A stretch of 64,000 nucleotides of DNA from the human T2T-CHM13v2.0 reference genome, Homo sapiens: NCBI RefSeq assembly GCF_009914755.1, contig NC_060942.1; one strand, 5' to 3'. The notes below the pieces were generated by a model. The model worked only from the letters and a program-made list of their open reading frames with translations, had not been told where the DNA came from and searched no databases. This document shows positions 38,974 through 50,530 of the stretch, piece by piece (within the stretch, counting starts at the first letter, position 1; every line of letters begins with the position of its first letter). The position numbers and the translations under genes were made by a program.

Positions 38974-39955
38974 GTAACTGGACGCCGGCCACCACCGCCC
39001 CGCGCCCCCTGCCCCTCTGCGTTCGGTGAGTTATTCCTAGCGAGAAGGCTGCGAGTTCTGGCCACAGTTGGACTTTTCCCAAGTTCCGCCCTTGCCCGAT
39101 TAATTATAGAAAACACAAAGGCAGTTAAGGGGCCAGGAATGAGCGGCTGGATTTGTGTGTGTTTATGTGTGGGCTCCCTGGTTACAATGGACCAATATAA
39201 TTTTATAGGTGCTTTATGTTTAACCAGCCTTTCCCACTTTCTATTTTCATAAGAGGCTGGCTCTTGGTCTCAACCTGGCTATGTGCTTTGACCTCTCTAC
39301 ATCCAAGCAGACATGAACTTGCTGTGGACTTCTCTTTTCCTCCTCCTTCCACCCAGGGCTAGGTCCTTAGACCTTTGCAGATATGCAGTTGATCATCACT
39401 GGTAGTGAGATGGGTTTGAGTAAAGCCACACATGAGCAGAAAAGGGATAGTCTGTTTACCAACACACTATGGCTCCTGGGCAGAGGGAAGTCACGGTGAT
39501 GCAAGACTGTCTTCATCCTTGCTCTTTCCCTCTTAATATCCCTTCACCTCTGACAGTGTAACCCCACCCCTGATCATTGCTTCCTCCATGGAGGCCCACG
39601 TCCAGTGGTTCTATCAGCATGAGTGTGTCGTGGGAGTAGGCGCGTGCACTTGGACGGAGCTTAGCAATGTTTCATCTCACAAGTACCTGCTTGCCTGTAT
39701 GGGCAGTAGCAGATGAGCTGGTGGCCCCAAAACTGGTGACGTCAGGGAGAGATAGCAGGGTCATGGGATGGTGGCCACATCAGGTCCTGGGACTGTCCTT
39801 GGAGACTCTTGGCTGGGGGAGAGCCATGTCTCCTTTCCTCCTATTTTGTATTTTAGAGACTAGTTAAGATACAAAGTGAGTTTCTGGTCCAGATGAGATA
39901 AAATGGTAGTTTCCAAGTAATGAAGTAGAATGGCAGGCTATAGGGCCATCTTAAC

Positions 39956-40068
39956 TAGGGTGACCATACAATAGATCATCCAAACTGCAACACTTGTGAA
40001 AGTCAAAGGGGGTTCAGTTCATAATTATGCCTAGACAACAGGTGTAAACAAGGGCATATGGCCACCCT
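39956..40068 (+). mobile_element. MER94-like hAT-Blackjack MITE
   Basis: Terminal inverted repeats agggtgaccata ... tatggccaccct. Flanked by a near-duplicate catcttaac / caccttaac. Confidence 0.75.
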
Positions 40069-41504
40069 CACCTTAACCATGTGGTTCGCAGTCTGCCGTC
40101 TTCCCTAAAAGCTGGGAGGAAGTTGCCGCTAAGGCCACCTCTACATGCAGCCGGCAGGGCTCCATCCCCACCCACCCTCTCCTCTGCATGTGAGTTGCAC
40201 TCACTGCAACATGAGCCCTCCCTGGCCAGCCTGGGCTGCTTCTCTCCTGCTCCAGGCCCTGATCAGGTTCCCATTCCTGGATCGCCCGCACTCCCCTGGT
40301 GACGAATTCCCGCATTACCTGAGGGATTTGCACATGGGGCATGTTCCTCGCGGGCCGGAATGTCCTGGGAGCGTGTGGAGAGTGGCGGGCAGAGAAGCCT
40401 GTCTGCCAGAGAGCACCCGGCACAGGGGAGTCAGGGACAGCATCAGCCTATGGTCTCGGCTTTGGGTTTTGTTTTTCAAAAAAGGGCCAGGATGGGGCAA
40501 GAGTTCTAGACAGTGGTTGCCAGCTCCAAGTAACCCAGCCAGACCCGGTGGCAGACAGGCACCCAGGGCATGGGGCACTTGGGGAGGGCAGCTGGCTGCA
40601 GGGGCCATCTCAGATCGGGTATTTCTTCCAACCTGCCGTGGTAAGGGTGGCCTCACCCACAAGTGTCCAGCGGACCATCAATCCTGGGGAACAGTCAGCC
40701 ACAAAGGGGGCCCTATGGCCCCTGCACTCACCTCTCAATCAACCACAACGTGCACTGGTTTAGGACAGGCTCCAGATGTCCCAGCAGGAAGGGAACCTGT
40801 TTGGCTCCGTTTAACTCAACAAAGTCCTCTGCATTCCCCAGTTAAGAACTACTTGTGGGATTAGTGTGCTGAGAGACAGTTTGGCAAACACTACAGCAGG
40901 GAAGAAAACACAAAATTGAAAGCTGGGAAGCAAGGATTCCAGACCTGATTCGTTTGTCATCCGTTGGAGCTTGGCCTCTATAGTTCCCTGGGAAAGTGCA
41001 AGCAACAGCCTTCATCAGTGTACCCTCGATTTTGCACTACTGGAGATGAGCCGGGGTCTCGGGCAGGGGCACGAGGGACCCCGTGTGAGCCTTTCCCTTT
41101 CTCATGCTCCTGAGGCCTTGCCACTAGTAGGAAACTGTCCTGGGTCCCCCTGAGTCCTCACAAACCCACTCACCCCATATAGTGGCTCCATAGTAGGTCT
41201 GTCATGAGTGATGCAGGCTTTGGGACCAGCCCAAGAGACCTAGTTCTGCAGGTGCCACCTTGTCTCTGGAGCAGAGAACTGGCACTCCACATCCTGCTCC
41301 CCACCCCCCATCAGCCAGGCTGAACCTCCCAGTACACCCTGCATGGACGAACTCTCCCCCAGAATTCACTTCTCTGTCCCACTCTGAGCATGCACCTCCC
41401 CCTGAAGCATCTCACACTCCTACTTCAGGTGGTGCTGGGGCCCCACTTTCCAGGAAACACTGGCCCTTCTCCTGTCCCAGCACCTCTCATCCTGCAGCCA
41501 CAAT

Positions 41505-41680
41505 GTTCAGTCACCCTCCTAGTATTCACTGAGTATTTCTAGTGTGCCAGGCACCAGCCTGGGGACTGAGGATACAGCAGTCAGTCACTGGGCACAGCTT
41601 TGTCCTTAAAAGGTTTGCAGTGAAGGAGTTGAACTTAAACCAATGGCCACATGAATCCACAGTGACAAACTGGGGTGCGT
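41505..41680 (-). mobile_element. L2 fragment
   Basis: agtattcactgagtatttctagtgtgccaggcacc...ctggggactgaggatacagcag. Confidence 0.65.
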
Positions 41681-43197
41681 GCCGTTACTGCCCCCCATCT
41701 TGGGCTCTGGGAGGTGGGAACCCCTCTACTTTCTGCACCTCTGTATCCCAGGGGCTGCACAGTGCCTGGTGCTGGAGGGCCCTCGGTCGTCAAGGAGAAA
41801 TGGATGTCTGAAAAGGAAGGCGCTGGAAGCCTCCCTTCTCCTGGGCTAGGGGCCTGCAGGGACAGCTGAAGTCCAGGGCAAGAAGGGAACCCCCCACCCA
41901 AGGCAGTCACGGCTCACATTCTGAGGTTTCAGAGCAGCTCCTCCTCTCCTCCCCCACAGTGGAGGAAGCCAGCCATTTGCCTGGGTGGAGTATCTGCGGG
42001 TCAGGTCTTTAGAAATCTAAATGTCCACATAGGCCACCACTCACCCCTGTTTACCACCTGCAGTCCCAGCTTTCATGTGAGCCGAGGAGGGAGCCCCTTG
42101 AGAGTATAACCAGAGGCTTGATCTGCGTTCTCAGACCTCCTGGGTGGCTAGACAAGGCCCTTTCAGCTGCCATGGGAAGGCGGGTGGACTGTGCTGGTGC
42201 GGGGCTGCCCTGATCCCACAATGGCCCCCTGACTCCAAGGCCCAGAGGACACCTGAACCACATCTGGCTGAGCCTCCTCAGGCCCTGTGCCTTCTCTCTG
42301 CAGCCAAGGAGACAGAGGTGGAGTGGGCTTTTCTGGACAGCATAATTCATGGCCCCTCACCACCCAAACCCGAGAGGTGCAAGAAAAGAAAGCGATGGGC
42401 TGGGCTCAGCAAAACCTGCTTTCCCTCTTAACACCTCCAGGGATGTCTTTTTTCACCTGACTTCATTTTCTGGCAAACTATGTTTGCATCCCTTCCTGGC
42501 AGGCAGTTCTAGACCCGGCCTGCACAGCCCTGCCCCCTGCTTCCTCCCTGAGGTTTGCACTCAGCTCCATCCACTCAAGGCCCATCTGGCTCTCGGTCCC
42601 CAACCAGCACCTGGTTGGGTTTGGCAGCCTCCGAGATGCCCCCATAGGATCAGGTTCAGCTACCACTTCCACACACAAGTTCTGGGCCCCGGCTTAGCAA
42701 TGCAGGCTACAAAGGGGCCAGGGTGTGAAGTGCCTCCTTAGCACAGCTCCCAGCAGTGGTCTTTACACTTGGTTCTCCCTGGCTGACTTCTCTTGCTGCC
42801 AGGGCTTCAGTGATGGGAGCCGGCAGCATGGAGGGAGAGGGGCAACCGCAGATGTGGTAAACATTCTGCGGCAGAGGTCTGAGGGCTCTTGCCAAGCTGG
42901 GGTGCAGCCCCCATGGAGTGGGAAGTGCAGGGTGGGAGAAGGGAGAAGGTTTAAGGTCCTTTAACCCTTCCCAGCCAGACTCAACACTGCTATCTCAAGG
43001 AACCCAGAAGCACCATTCTCATGAGCCATGACAGTGCTGGAGACCTTGGGGTCTCAGAGGACCCCGTCACCAATCCCACAGCTCCAAAATGGTCTTCAGT
43101 TTTTACATCCAAGCCAATTCCTTTTTACCTGAAATGTGGCCCTTTTATTAGTAGTGTCCTTGTAAGTAAAATTCTATTTATTAAACAGACATTTCTT

Positions 43198-43405
43198 TTT
43201 TTTTTTACTTTTTATTTTATTTTATTTTTTAATCATTTTTTCTTTTTTTTATATACTTTAAGTTTTAGGGTACATGTGCACAACATGCAGGTTAGTTACA
43301 TATGTATACATGTGCCATGTTGGTGTGCTGCACCCATTAACTCGTCATTTAACATTAGGTATATCTCCTAATGCTATCCCTCCCCCCTCCCCCCACCCCA
43401 CAACA
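43198..43405 (-). mobile_element. Severely 5'-truncated primate L1PA (about L1PA3/4) 3' end
   Basis: tatactttaagttttagggtacatgtgcacaacatgcaggttagttacatatgtatacatgtgccatg...ctcccccctccccccaccccacaaca. Perfect 15-bp TSD aaacagacatttctt at 43183-43197 and 43406-43420. Confidence 0.95.
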
Positions 43406-43449
43406 AAACAGACATTTCTTAATGTGCCAAGCATGTTGTCTTTATTAGG

Positions 43450-43608
43450 TCAGGGGTTCTCAAACCGGAATGTGCATATGAATCACGTGGGATTTTGTTT
43501 AAATGCAGATTCTGATGCAAGAGGCCTGGGATGGGCTTGAGATTCTGCGTTTCAAACATGCTCCTGGTAGATGCTAGTGCTCTAGTCCAGGGACCACAGT
43601 GGGAAGTC
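43450..43608. mobile_element. MER5-family hAT-Charlie element
   Basis: caggggttctcaaac...gaatcacgtggga...aaatgcagattctga...tgagattctgcgtttc...cagggaccaca. Confidence 0.75.
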
Positions 43609-43754
43609 ACAAGGCATTGAATGACTGATGGTTTGTAGGTGGTGGCTCTGTTTCATAGATGGGCAAACTAAGGCACAGTCTGTCATCAGTGTGATGGTCA
43701 GAGTGGAGGTCTGGCCTGGGAATATTGCATTTCAGATACTGGCTCTTCTTTAGG

Positions 43755-43888
43755 TCAGTGGTTCTCAGCCTCGCTATGCATGAGAATCATGAGAACACAG
43801 CAGGCAGGGGGCCTACCCCTAATCAGTTGAATTAGATTCTCCAAGGACGCAACCTGGGCATTCGTTAGCCAGGGTGGAACACCACTGT
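43755..43888. mobile_element. MER5A-like fragment
   Basis: cagtggttctcagcct...gagaatca...ccagggtggaacaccactg (inverted termini). Confidence 0.6.
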
Positions 43889-45911
43889 TGAGGAGACACC
43901 CCAGAGACACCGAACTGGTTCATCGCGGCCACTTATGAATCAGCTGGCTCTGCCTGTCATGCCGCGAACCAGTCAAGAAATACCTGCCAGGTGTTGGGCT
44001 CTCTGCTGAGCCATGGGGGAAAACTCCGAGTCTGAGCTGGCAGGAGAACCCCATTACACAGGAGGCCTCAGCTGCTGAGAACATGCCTTCCACTCCCCCA
44101 GCCTCAGGCTCTTCTTGTCATCACCCTGAACCTCCTCCTTGATGAGATGAAAGCCACCTCTTCTCTCCCGCTGCCTCCATTTCTCTCTGTCCTCAGCTCC
44201 TTTTCCCATTTTCCTTTTCCTTGGCCTGGGATGTGTGTCGGAACAGCTATCACATGTTTTAGGAAAAGGGCCTCATTCTCACCCACGGTGCCAGGCTGTA
44301 CCAGAGGCTGGGCCACACTTCGCAGTTCAGCCTGTCTCCCCATACACCTTCCCACCAAGGTTCCCAACTTCTCTGGCTTTGCAGGGTCCTGACTGCAGAC
44401 TAGACTGACTAACTAGATGATGTGCATTGATTGTTTCCGACTTCCAGGAGAATGTGGGGTGCCCAGGGTGCCTGGGTTAGAGAAGGAACCAAAAGTTTCC
44501 TTGGATCCTCATCAGGGAATTGTGGTGTGATACAGGGCGGTGAAGGGGCTCCAGTTTCACAGAGAAGTGAAGAACGAGTGTGCCTCTTTTTATGGGACCT
44601 TTGGAATGACAGGAATGGAAGCCTGAGCCCTCTCCACCCAGCACTGCCCTGTCACTGCCCCAGGACGTCCACGTGGGCTCTGGGAATGCTCCTTTGCTGA
44701 GACAGGCTTGGGTAGTACAAGTTCAAGCCCTCCTCTGTTGAAATGTGTGTGCTCTGTTTAGCCAAGAGGTGTCTGCATCCGAGCTATGCAGAGCAAAGTA
44801 TTATTAGAGCCGGCATCAGTGTGTCTGTAACTGAACCCAGCTCTCCCTAGCAACCGTTGCCAACAACACATCTAACAGAAGGATGCGATACCTTTTTTTG
44901 AAAAAAAAAAGTTTGTCTCAACCAAGTCATAAACACAGCAGGCCTGTTGTGAAAAGACAACACAAAATCAGAATCTGGTGTGTGACCAGATTTCAAAATA
45001 AATTGCTCTTCTCTAGCACCTTCTAGAAGACAGCCTGTTAAAAAGCTGACCTTGAGCTAAAGAGCGGAGAAACTCTTCAGAGTTTCTGGCTGGGTCATCA
45101 TCAAGCATTGTGTTTTGGGCTTTTCATACATAGACGCTCAGTTGAGTGGTGACTCTGTGGGATCTCTGGGAATGACTTTAGCACAGAAGGGGCACTCAAG
45201 ATTTTCTGGCTTGGCTTTCCTTATCAGTGAATCTCTCAAGTGTGAGACAAGCCTGAAGATGTATCTTACCCATACCTCATCCTGGATGTGTGTGTTGCCC
45301 CCACTTCTACCCGTTTCTCCCATCCTCCTGCCCTTCTCCTTGTCCCATGTTTTCAGGCTTGGGAAGAAAACTGGGCCATTCCTCTAACTCTCTTCCTAAG
45401 GGGAAAACCTCGTTCTCTTGTGATTCTCTCAAGGTCTCTGGAAAATCAAGTCATTCCCCTTTGTCAGAAGTTTGAAGTTCCTAACTCTTATCTTTTACAT
45501 AGGAAGGGAGGAGGGAGACTGATATCGATTCCTGGAGTCTAAGTTTTAAACTCCTAGATGGCCAGAATCCTGGCTGAGTTATCGGCTGTCCCCAGCTCCT
45601 GGCTTCATGGTTCATAGTAGATGCTCAGGAAATGGCTGTGGAAGGGAGGCATGGAGCCATCAGTCATGGGTACCAATGCTCTCTGGGGCATGAGGGGCTT
45701 TGAAACTCTTCTGAGCACTTTCCTGTGTGTGAATCGGAGGTAGGTTCCAGGGCAGGGATCCCTCCCCAGGCTTATACATGGGGAAAGTGGCTCAGTGAGG
45801 CTGCAAGGTTCACCCAGCATCACGAGGCTAGCTGGAGCTTCTGGATGCCATGCCACATCCTAAATAGGGTGTAAGGCTCAAAAACTTGGGAAAATCAAGA
45901 ATCCATATCAT

Positions 45912-46193
45912 GGTTGGGAGCAATGGCTCATGCCTGTAATCCCAGCACTTTGCAAGGCCAAGGCAGGAGGATTGCTTGAGGCCAGGAGTTTGAGACCAGC
46001 CTGGGCAACATAAAAAGACCCCATCTTTGAAAAAAAAAATAGGCAGGTGTGGCAGCATTGCTACTGAAGCCCCAGCTACTCCAGAGGCTGAGGCAGGAGG
46101 ATCCATTCAGGCCAGGAGTCAAGGCTGCAGAGAGCTAGGTCCCTGCTGTTGCGCTCCAGTGTGAGCGACAGAGTGAGACTCTAAAAAACAAAA
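45912..46193 (+). mobile_element. AluJ-like element
   Basis: ggctcatgcctgtaatcccagcactttg...ggaggattgcttgaggccaggagtttgagaccagcctgggcaaca. TSD aagaatccatatca / aagaatccatctca at 45897-45910 and 46194-46207. Confidence 0.92.
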
Positions 46194-47590
46194 AAGAATC
46201 CATCTCAGGAAGTCATCAATTGGGATTTCAAAATCCACCCTGTGGAATAATCCCACTGTGTTTCCAGGGGTCGCTGAGTCTCTGAGCTTTCTGGGCCTCT
46301 GGAGGTCAAGGGTACCTGAAGAAACCCCTGCACTCTCCATTCGCCCTAGTCCCTGTGAAACCACACAGGCTGCTGGCCCCAGTTCCCATCTCCTCCTTGC
46401 ATCCTCTCCCTCTTCTCAGACCCCCTCCCTCATTTCTGCACACCCACCGCTGAGCCGATGTGCACTCCAGGCATGTAAACTAATTTTAATGTTGGCCCAA
46501 GCCAGGCACACCCAGGGATAGAAGCACATTGTTCTGTGCATTCCAAAGCTTGAGCAAAAGCCCTGGCCATACCCACATCGAGCTCCCCTCCACTAGTTGC
46601 TAGAAATCAGAAAGGCTGAAGCAAAGGGCCAGAGGCAGTGCAAGCCGCTTTCCCCGTGGGCAGGCTGCACGGAAGCTTGCAAAAGCCCAGAAAAGGGCTT
46701 TTTTTCTAAAAATGGCTGGCATCTGAGCTCCCGCCCTGCCCCCTGTGGGCCATCTGTCCCCATGCTGAAGCCCGTGCCCTGCAAGGGACATGCAGAGTTG
46801 GCACACACATTTCCCTGAAGGTGGGCACCAACAGGCCTCGTCAGGCTGGCCTGGCATCACAGGAGGCCAGCAGTCACAGGAGCTTGACCCCTGCCCAGGA
46901 TTCTGTGGCAGCCCTGGGCTCCCCCAACAGGAAGAGCCAATGCCTGACTCCTATCCATGTTCTTTGCCCCTGCGGCCAGAGCCACAGTGGATAGGAGCCG
47001 TGTGCCTCGTTGCCAATCTTGTTGTCTGCACTTGCTTTGGGATGAGTAAATATGACCTGCTTTTCTCCAATCTTTATTTCTTCTCAACGCTTATTGAGCA
47101 CCTGCTATATACCATGCACTGTGGCAGGTCCTGTATGTCTCTGTTCATTTGCCCTCCACTGTGGTCTTTCAATCTGTTTGTGCAAATCTTAAGCATTGCA
47201 TTCAAGGACCCAGGTGGGATACCTCAATGTCAGTGCTTAGACCAGATCGCCCTGACTGTTCAGTTTGGGTGGGGCGGGGGAACATGTGGCTTCCAGGAGT
47301 GCTAAGCCTGTGGTTCTCTCTGGAGCTTTGAAGTGCTCAGTGAGACAGAGCAGCCGATGACCGGATCATAAACAAGCATTTTGATTTTTGAATCTGAAAA
47401 TAAGCGAGGAAAGAAAATGACCACTGATCCTCAGCCAGTCCTGGAAAGTGCCCAGAACAGCAGCATGCCAGGTGTCCAGTCATCATATCATCAGGGGGGC
47501 CTGGGTGCTGCTGCTGTGCCAACTACTGCCCCAGGCCCCCAGGGACCAGTGAGCTTCCTGCAAAACCAAGTGCCCAGCTTCCTGCCTCTT

Positions 47591-47630
47591 CGCCACTGCG
47601 CCACTGTGCCACTGCGCCACTGCGCCACTA
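47591..47630. repeat. (CGCCACTG)x5 octamer tandem repeat
   Basis: cgccactg cgccactg tgccactg cgccactg cgccacta. Confidence 0.9.
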
Positions 47631-48879
47631 CTGTGTTCTTCAAAATCACAGAGAGCCCCGCTCCTGAGAAAGCCCAAAGTGCCTTTCTGTGCACGGCATG
47701 GGCTTTTACAAGTCTCATGGGCAGTCTACTGCAGGCCTTGTCAGAGACTCTAGATGTGCAGAGGCTGAGGGAGCCTTGGACAAAAGTCACTCCTTTCCCG
47801 TGAAAAGTGGCCATTGCCCTGTGTTGTTAGGAGCGTGGGTGGCTCAGGAGGGGAGAGCAAGACCAGCCTGCAGCTTCATGAATCAGGTCAGCTGGGCCAT
47901 CTGGAGCAGACAGGTGTGGGTCGTGCCCCCGAATCTCATTTCTCTAGACAGGATTTCTTGCCCTGAGGCAGCAACGCTGAGGCCTGAGGAGTAGCAAACC
48001 TGTGCAGTAGCATCGATTGCTGCCTCGATGCTTATCTTGAGCATTTAAAACATGTCTCTGCACCCACGTTTCCGTCCTGCAAGGGATGATTGGGTTGTGG
48101 TAGAGCTTAAATGAGGTAATGCATGCACGGACCCCAGCTCTGAGCCACACCACTCGGATGGCTCCATCAGTGTGGGTGCCCTGCCCTGGTGGGATGAACT
48201 GGGAGGCCCTTCTAACTTTATCCCATCCTAGATTCCCAAAGACCACCCCATGCCTCAGTCTTGGGCAGCATTTCCATTTCCCCCCCCTACGCTGATTAAA
48301 TGTGGAACAATGAGGGCAGGCAATGAGTGCTTTTAGACTATTGTCTTCCTGGGCGGTGGGCCCAGGATTGACAGGTGTACTCTTCCTCCTAGTCAAATCT
48401 GCCTCCTCCAGGAAACCTTCCCTGATCTCCCAGCCCAGGGACCTCACCTTCCTCTGACTCTTGAACATTTACCATGTGTCCCTTTCATGAAGTCTTCTGG
48501 GCTCCCCTGTTTAAGCTTTTCTTATCTGAGACTTGTATCTGTGGATGTCTTGGGGCAAAGAATGCGTCTGGGTCATCTTTGTGTCCCACCACCATACTGG
48601 TACCCACAAGGTATTCATCAGGCATCAGCTGGCTGGCTCCAGGAGCTTCCTTCACTGGGGAGGAAGGAGCATGGATAGGCAGGCATGGGAATAGCACAGG
48701 CCACAGCCACAAAAGGGAATGGCCTGGGGTTTTCTCCCTCTCGCTTCTGGGCCAGGAGAGCTTTACCCAGGTCAGGAATTATTTCACCATCACCCGTGTC
48801 CCTTGCCAGACCGTGTCCCCTTCCCTGCATGCCCTCACCCCCCACCCAGGGTTCATTTTCCCTGCTAAATCCCCTGATA

Positions 48880-49280
48880 GAACTTGGCCGGGCACTGCCC
48901 TGTCTGAGGCTGCCACGCCGAAGCAGGCCCTGCAGATAAGTGGGTTACCGGAGAAGGCCAGCTCGGGTGTCCCAGGCCCCAGAGGGTCACCCCTGGCTGG
49001 CTGGCAGCTCACCCCCAGCACCTCCTCCTCCTCCTTCCCCGGAGCCAGGCAGGCAGGAGACAGCAGATCCTTCCCCCCAGCTCTGTGAGCGGCCGGCCCC
49101 CAGCCGCCGCGGGGAATCTGAGCTATGCTAAGCGGCTCCAGATCGCAGCATCTCTGCCCTGCCCGGGCACGGCCGGCCCAGACAGGGCGCCTCTACCTGC
49201 CGTGGCTGCCGCTGGAAAGCTGGCACCGCCTGGGCTGATGGAAAAAATCTCCCTGCGGGTTATGTAACTGCTCACCGCCC
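48880..49280. promoter_or_regulatory. Candidate intronic CpG/GC-rich regulatory element
   Basis: Local CpG enrichment in non-repeat sequence. Perfect PAR-bZIP site GTTATGTAAC (49259-49268) and GATA site AGATAAG (about 48934-48940). Confidence 0.45.
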
Positions 49281-49579
49281 TGTCCCTGGCTCCCCAGGGA
49301 GGCTCCCAGCCACTACCAAGAGAGAGCAGTGGCCCCTGGGCAGGAAGGAGACCACAGAGGGTCACTCTTTCAAAAGGAAGAAAATAGTGTTGCGTTATCT
49401 GAGGTCCTCCTCTGGAACCAGCCTGTGCATGGCGCCAAGGTGTTTCCTGAAAATGCTTAAGGAGCTCAGAGGCCTGCCCCAGTATTATAGCAAGGAGAGA
49501 GCTAAACCTAGCGGGAGGGAGTGGCCACAGAGGAGGAAGAGGGCAGGACAGCTTTGTTACTGTTTTTCTTTTCTTTTCT

Positions 49580-50205
49580 TTTTGGCAAATTATTATTGCA
49601 GTAAAATATACCATAAAATTCACCATCTGAACTAGTTTTAAGTGCACAGTTCAGCAGTACCCCGCATACCTACAATGTTGGACAATGCCCATGACCATCC
49701 CCCGGCACCCCACCAAACCCTCTCATCACCCCAAACAAAAGCCATGTACCCACCATAACTCCCCTACAGCAATAACTCCCCTACAGCAATAACTCCCCTA
49801 CAGCAATGCCTCCCCTCCATCTTCCATCTCCATGAATTCACCCACTCTACAAGTAGCACACATGGGATATCATACAATATTTTTCTTTTTGTGCCTGGCT
49901 TATTTCACTTCACATCATGGTTTCCAGGTTTATTCATGTGTCAGAATTCCCTTCTTTTTCATGGCTGACTAATATTCCATTTTATGTCTATACCACATTT
50001 TGTTTATCCATTTATCTGTCAATGGGCACTTGATTTTCTTCCACCTTTTGACTATTGTGATTCATGCTGATAGGAGCATGCATGCACAAATATCTGTTTG
50101 AGTCCCTGCTTTTGATTCTTTGGGGTATATACCTAGAAGTGGAATTGCTGGATCATATGGAAATTTTATCTTTAGCTTTTTGAGTATCTGCCAAACTGTT
50201 TCCAG
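49580..50205 (-). mobile_element. L1MB-type 3' end, containing a 17-bp tandem triplication (ataactcccctacagca, 49755-49805)
   Basis: aaaattcaccat...ttttaagtgcacagttcag...gcctggcttatttcactt...aatattccatt...ggtatatacctagaagtggaattgctggatcatatgg...ctgccaaactgtttcca. Confidence 0.85.
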
Positions 50206-50429
50206 GAAGGGTGTTTTTGATGGGGGAAATATCATGAACCAAGAGCCAAAGAAATGACACAACTGAGGGACAATAAGGACACTGCCTTACTGAAATTCAG
50301 CTGAGAGCTGGAGGAAGTCTATAAGGGGGACCGACTAAGAGGCAGAAGGATCTGGACTTTATAAAGTGGGACTCAGGGAGCCATTGTGGGTTCTTGAGAT
50401 GTAGAGTTCCAGGATCAATTAAAAATCAT

Positions 50430-50530
50430 AGACCAGTGTAGACTTGCAGGAAGGATCTATAGATCATCCAGTCCAACCCCCTCGTATTACAGTTGAGAGA
50501 CTTGAGGCCTGGAGAGGTTGAAAGAGGCCA
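50430..50530 (-). mobile_element. MIR3/MIR fragment
   Basis: gatcatccagtccaaccccctcgtattacagttgagagacttgaggcctggagagg. Confidence 0.6.

Noticed and set aside
38503-39252. 249-aa ORF as a standalone single-exon gene
   Set aside because: Only 38674-38973 matches CTIF, shows coding-type codon bias and is bounded by AG/GT. The extensions are intronic read-through.
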